In this document: positions 27,877 through 32,000 of the stretch, one piece after another
How the letters are laid out: each line of letters begins with the position of its first letter
How positions within the stretch are numbered: the stretch's first letter is position 1
Assembly (NCBI RefSeq): GCF_013177435.1
Contig: NZ_CP053627.1
Location: 1,500,001-1,532,000, forward strand
Source of the DNA: Xylella taiwanensis
Lineage (GTDB): Bacteria; Pseudomonadota; Gammaproteobacteria; Xanthomonadales; Xanthomonadaceae
Direction of reading: 5' to 3'
DNA length: 32,000 bases
Made by a program: the position numbers and the translations under genes
The notes under the pieces: model-generated
Seen by the model: only the letters and a program-made list of their open reading frames with translations
Database searches by the model: none
What the model was told of the DNA's origin: nothing

Positions 27877-28152
27877 AAGACTGTTCTACAATAAATGCAG
27901 CAATGCATCGAAGTATTCGATTGTGCCCCAATCGTGGAACTTGGCAATGGTGGTAGCGACTGGAGCCATCGCTCCAACCCGATTCATGAAGTGCAACAAA
28001 AGTCTTGCAACCACAACCGTACCCCAGGTCTATCCGTCTGGGGTGCTGACTAAGCAGCCTCGTTACCATCATCAATGCCTGGCGCATCTCGCTGCAACGA
28101 TCCGAACTTGGTAAAACACGGTGTACCTCAAAGCTGGGGCTACACTGCCCTC

Positions 28153-28653
28153 ATGCACATCTCTAGCTACGATGTCTTGCTGTACCAACCCGAAATCCCA
28201 CCCAACACCGGCAATGTGATCCGCCTGTGCGCCAATACTGGTGCGCGTCTGCATTTGATCGAACCACTGGGTTTCGATCTCGACGATCGGCAACTCAAGC
28301 GCGCTGGATTGGACTATCACGAATACGCGCGGATGCAGGTACACCCCACCCTCACCAGTGCGCTCGCCGCAATCGCACCACGACGCCTGTTCGCACTCAG
28401 TACACGTGGCCAGGTGCGCTACGACACCCCAACGTTCAGCGCGGGAGACGCATTTCTTTTCGGCCCAGAAACCCGGGGCCTGCCCGACGTTGTGTTGGAC
28501 GCCATCCCCGCATCGCAGCGCCTGTATTTACCGATGCAACCGCAGAACCGCAGCTTGAACCTCTCCAATGCCGTCGCCGTGATGGTGTTCGAGGCATGGC
28601 GGCAACAGGGCTTTGTAGGAGTCACCTGCCCCCCTTCCCTTGCGGATCGCTAA
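28153..28653 (+). CDS. trmL: tRNA (cytidine/uridine-34 2'-O)-methyltransferase, SPOUT family
   Basis: From ATG 28153 the protein reads MHISSYDVLLYQPEIPPNTGNVIRLCANTGARLHLIEPLGF...LLFGPETRGLP...SLNLSNAVAVMVFEAWRQ, typical TrmL/YibK. The ORF-track start at 28075 adds 26 non-conserved residues. Confidence 0.9.
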   Translation: MHISSYDVLLYQPEIPPNTGNVIRLCANTGARLHLIEPLGFDLDDRQLKRAGLDYHEYARMQVHPTLTSALAAIAPRRLFALSTRGQVRYDTPTFSAGDAFLFGPETRGLPDVVLDAIPASQRLYLPMQPQNRSLNLSNAVAVMVFEAWRQQGFVGVTCPPSLADR

Positions 28654-29882
28654 CGCCCTTCAGTCACTAACGTTTATTCCTCAGAACGCTCCCTGCGGCG
28701 GCAAGCTCAACAACCTGCCTATTGGTATGGATACAGGCACACATCCTCCGGATGTCCTCCTGAAACATCACTGCTGACTCATGTCCAGCCACCTGCATCA
28801 CTATCGATGTCTCTCTATGGGAAACATCATTCACTTGGAGAATGTTAAGCGTGAGTCACGACCAAGGATAAAACACACTCGACATTGATCCCGTTCCGCA
28901 ACGGGACATCGCACCCATCGAGCCACCAGGGCAGACATTGTGCTGCACTGCGTATAGCAGCAATCCGAGCGCGCAACCTGGCAAGCAACGGAGCAACACT
29001 ACCGTCCAGCCGGCGCGCAGTTTCTTGGTGCAACCCTTGTAGAGATGCATGCGGCACTTTGGTCGGCGCGGCAGTAAGCATGCATGTCAGCCACTCAAAC
29101 ACGCCTACTTCGACCCGTGCAGACACGTGAGCACATCGAGATCACGCGGCACCAGGGGAGATACGATAAGAATGCAGAACAATCTTGAACGGTCAATTGC
29201 AGCGCCATCCTTGCGAAACATCGAGCGTGATGCACCATGTGCATTTTTGACTTCGACAAGGAGCAGTAACCGTGCTGCGCGAGATCGCACCGTGACGCTT
29301 GGTGTCTGGCCTCTCGGCGAGTGCCTTGGGTGCGAGCTCAACTGCATGGCTTCCTGAAAAACGATCGCTTGACATTGTTTCACTGGCTCCCACCGCAGCA
29401 GACACACACTCGAAAGCTACGCTCACCCTCTGGGCCACCCTGTGCTGGATACGATGTGCAAGTGAATGCACCTGAGCACACTCCTAATTCGCCACTCAGC
29501 GTCAACGTGTCCGCCGCATGGGTCCCGTGCTGGTCTTGCTGCGTGTGCTGCCCTTCTTGCCAGCATGTGCGCCATCACTCATCGGGCACATGCAATACCT
29601 ACGCTTTAGAATCACTGCGTTAAGCTGATCCAGCCCACCAGGAACAACGCGACAGGTGAGCAACGCTAGGAAGCGCCATCCAAACGTCAGACGTTGCACA
29701 TCACTGCAACGCATCCGCACACCGTAGCACCTGCAGCATCCATCCCGAGCAGCACAGGCAAGGGATGAACAGGCATCCAGGCCCACCCGCCGCCTGGATC
29801 GCCAGGCACCGCCCCCCAGATCCCACACTGACACTGGAAGGACCTACAATGCCGCTTCACTCCGCGTCGACAGTGTGCCCCC

Positions 29883-31466
29883 ATGACATCCGATTTTCTG
29901 CCCGTACGCCGGGCACTGTTGTCTGTTTCTAACAAAACAGGCGTGATCGAATTGGCGCGCGCGTTGGTGGCATGCAACGTTGAATTACTGTCCACCGGTG
30001 GCACGGCCAACATGATCCGCGAGGCTGGTCTGCCGGTGCAGGACGTAGCCGATGTGACTGGCTTCCCGGAAATGATGGATGGCCGCGTGAAAACGCTGCA
30101 CCCCGTGGTCCACGGCGGCCTGCTCGGACGCACCGGTATCGACGATGCGGTGATGGCCGCACACGGCATCGCAGCGATCGATCTGCTGGTATTGAATCTG
30201 TACCCGTTCGAACAGATCACCGCCAAAAAAGATTGCACGCTGGCCGAGGCGGTAGACACCATCGATATCGGTGGCCCGGCGATGCTGCGCTCAGCGGCAA
30301 AGAATTTCGCGCGCGTGGCCGTGGCAACGTCACCGGATCAGTATCCCGAGCTGCTTGCTGAACTCAACGCACACCACGGCCAGCTTTCAGCCAACACCCG
30401 TTTTGCATTGGCCGTGACGGCGTTCAACCACGTTGCCCGGTACGATGCGGCCATCAGCAACTATCTTTCGAGCGTCTCCGACACGGAGATGGCGGTGCCG
30501 CTGCGGGATGAATTCCCGGCCCAGTTGAACCATACCTTCGTGAAAGTGACGGAGCTGCGTTACGGTGAAAACCCGCATCAACGGGGCGCGTTCTACCGCG
30601 ATGTGCATTTGCAGCCCGGGACGCTGGCGACCTTCCAGCCACTCCAGGGCAAGACACTCAGCTACAACAACCTCGTCGACGCCGACGCCGCCTGGGAATG
30701 CATCCGTGAACTCGAAGCGCCAGCCTGCGTCATCGTCAAACATGCCAACCCCTGTGGCGTCGCGATCGGGATGACCTGCGGTGAGGCTTACGCAGCAGCG
30801 TATGCCACGGATCCAACCAGTGCGTTTGGCGGCATTATTGCTTTTAACCGCATGCTGGATGCGGTCACCATGCAAAGCATATTGGATCGTCAATTCGTCG
30901 AGGTGTTAATTGCACCGGATTACGCTGAGGATGCCCTTTCCTATGCAACCAAGAAGGCCAATGTGCGCGTGTTGCGTATCCCAGAAGGTCGCGGGATGAA
31001 TCAGTACGATTTTAAGCGTATCGGCTCCGGACTGCTGGTCCAAAGCGCCGATACCATGCACATCCATTCCGATGTGCTCAGGACGGTAACCAAGCTTGCT
31101 CCCACCGATGCACAACAACGCGATCTGCTGTTTGCCTGGCACGTGGCCAAGTACGTCAAGTCCAACGCCATTGTTTACGCCAAGGACAATCGCACCATTG
31201 GCATCGGCGCCGGACAAATGAGTCGCGTGTATTCAGCGCGCATCGCTGGCATCAAGGCGGTCGACGCCCATCTGGCTGTCGCAGGCTCGGTGATGGCGAG
31301 CGATGCGTTCTTCCCATTCCGCGACGGCATTGATGCCGCCGCCGCCGCTGGCATCAATGCCGTGATTCAACCAGGCGGTTCGATGCGTGATAACGAGGTG
31401 ATCGCGGCAGCCAACGAACATGGGATTGCGATGGTCTTCACCGGGGTGCGCCATTTCCGGCACTGA
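29883..31466 (+). CDS. purH: bifunctional AICAR transformylase / IMP cyclohydrolase
   Basis: The 527 aa ORF has [27 protein letters not shown] and NLYPFE (MGS-like/IMPCH domain). The AICARFT part shows [23 protein letters not shown] and QPGGSMRD. Confidence 0.96.
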   Translation: MTSDFLPVRRALLSVSNKTGVIELARALVACNVELLSTGGTANMIREAGLPVQDVADVTGFPEMMDGRVKTLHPVVHGGLLGRTGIDDAVMAAHGIAAIDLLVLNLYPFEQITAKKDCTLAEAVDTIDIGGPAMLRSAAKNFARVAVATSPDQYPELLAELNAHHGQLSANTRFALAVTAFNHVARYDAAISNYLSSVSDTEMAVPLRDEFPAQLNHTFVKVTELRYGENPHQRGAFYRDVHLQPGTLATFQPLQGKTLSYNNLVDADAAWECIRELEAPACVIVKHANPCGVAIGMTCGEAYAAAYATDPTSAFGGIIAFNRMLDAVTMQSILDRQFVEVLIAPDYAEDALSYATKKANVRVLRIPEGRGMNQYDFKRIGSGLLVQSADTMHIHSDVLRTVTKLAPTDAQQRDLLFAWHVAKYVKSNAIVYAKDNRTIGIGAGQMSRVYSARIAGIKAVDAHLAVAGSVMASDAFFPFRDGIDAAAAAGINAVIQPGGSMRDNEVIAAANEHGIAMVFTGVRHFRH

Positions 31467-32000
31467 ACGGAAATGCGTTATGGCTTGGATGGCTGCACAT
31501 GGCACAGCCGCTTCAAAGGATGCGATGCAAATTAGGGAAACCAAGCAATGGTAGGTACCCCGCACATCAGCACGTTGAAGATTCGGAACGTCCATCCCAT
31601 TGATTGCCAGTGTTGAAGAACATAACGCCACGCGCCCTCTGACTGACATCGTATGGTCACAGGACATCTCCTGTCTGTAACACGTTCACTTGCACAATAA
31701 ATATTCCGATGTGGGCCGCTACCCACGATTCCTGCCTGGATTCAGGTGCGCCTATCACGTGTCGGCATGTGAATCAGCCAGGCTGGAAGACGACTTCCAT
31801 AGGATCAAGATGCCCTGGGCAAACCACGACAATGCCAGGGGGAGCACCAGCAGACATAAGAATTAAAAACATGTACCAGCCATGCTGTGCTCATCATCAA
31901 GATCAACAACCAATGAATCGAGGATGCACGCATGCGCATGATTGGCCGGGAATCCATTGAGCAACACAATAACGTTCCCGAGGTGCTTGAAAAAGCGCGC

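Noticed and set aside
29687-30262. 191 aa minus-strand ORF, plus the minus-strand ORFs at 30387-30893, 30906-31217 and 31233-31667
   Set aside because: They are antisense to purH or run into its upstream region, and none has a motif. purH fully explains the coding signal.
31863-32000. Open minus-strand frame entering from the right window edge (…ARFFKHLGNVIVLLNGFPANHAHACILDSLVVDLDDEHSMAGTCF, stop at 31863-31865)
   Set aside because: Only 45 codons are visible and no motif is recognisable. It cannot be distinguished from chance without the sequence beyond the window.
1-32000. Looked for tRNA/rRNA genes, CRISPR repeat-spacer arrays, IS elements or transposases, integrases and long direct or inverted repeats
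   Set aside because: I found no T-loop/acceptor-stem patterns, no regularly spaced repeats and no transposase or integrase-like ORFs by eye. A computational scan (tRNAscan-SE, Infernal/Rfam, a repeat finder) is still needed to exclude small RNAs.

Overview
This window is an ordinary chromosomal segment of about 52% G+C. Gene content and protein sequences point to a Xanthomonadaceae genome, most consistent with Xylella; that assignment is inference from memory, with no search run. Left to right it holds: a cvpA 3' end and purF; a minus-strand Pil-Chp type IV pilus chemosensory operon (pilG-pilI-pilJ-chpA/pilL-chpB-chpC, 2.5-12.7 kb); divergent gshB plus a coupled TonB-like gene; a strongly AT-rich islet (about 14.8-16.6 kb) with a single orphan membrane-protein ORF; glyS-glyQ; nadE; frameshifted remnants of a czcC/czcB-like metal-efflux operon; a YkgJ-type Cys-cluster gene; a remodelled olefin (ole) locus of oleA, an unknown PD-(D/E)xK-like gene and oleB, with no oleC/oleD; a DUF4156-like lipoprotein; trmL; a 1.2 kb stretch with no convincing gene; and purH. 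I saw no tRNA, rRNA, CRISPR array, transposase or integrase. The most interesting points are a ChpB-like protein that appears to have lost the whole CheB catalytic triad in an operon lacking any CheR (pilK); the nuclease-like gene start/stop-overlapped (ATGA) with oleB inside the split ole cluster; and the low-GC orphan islet. All homology statements are by-eye comparisons with remembered sequences and need database confirmation.
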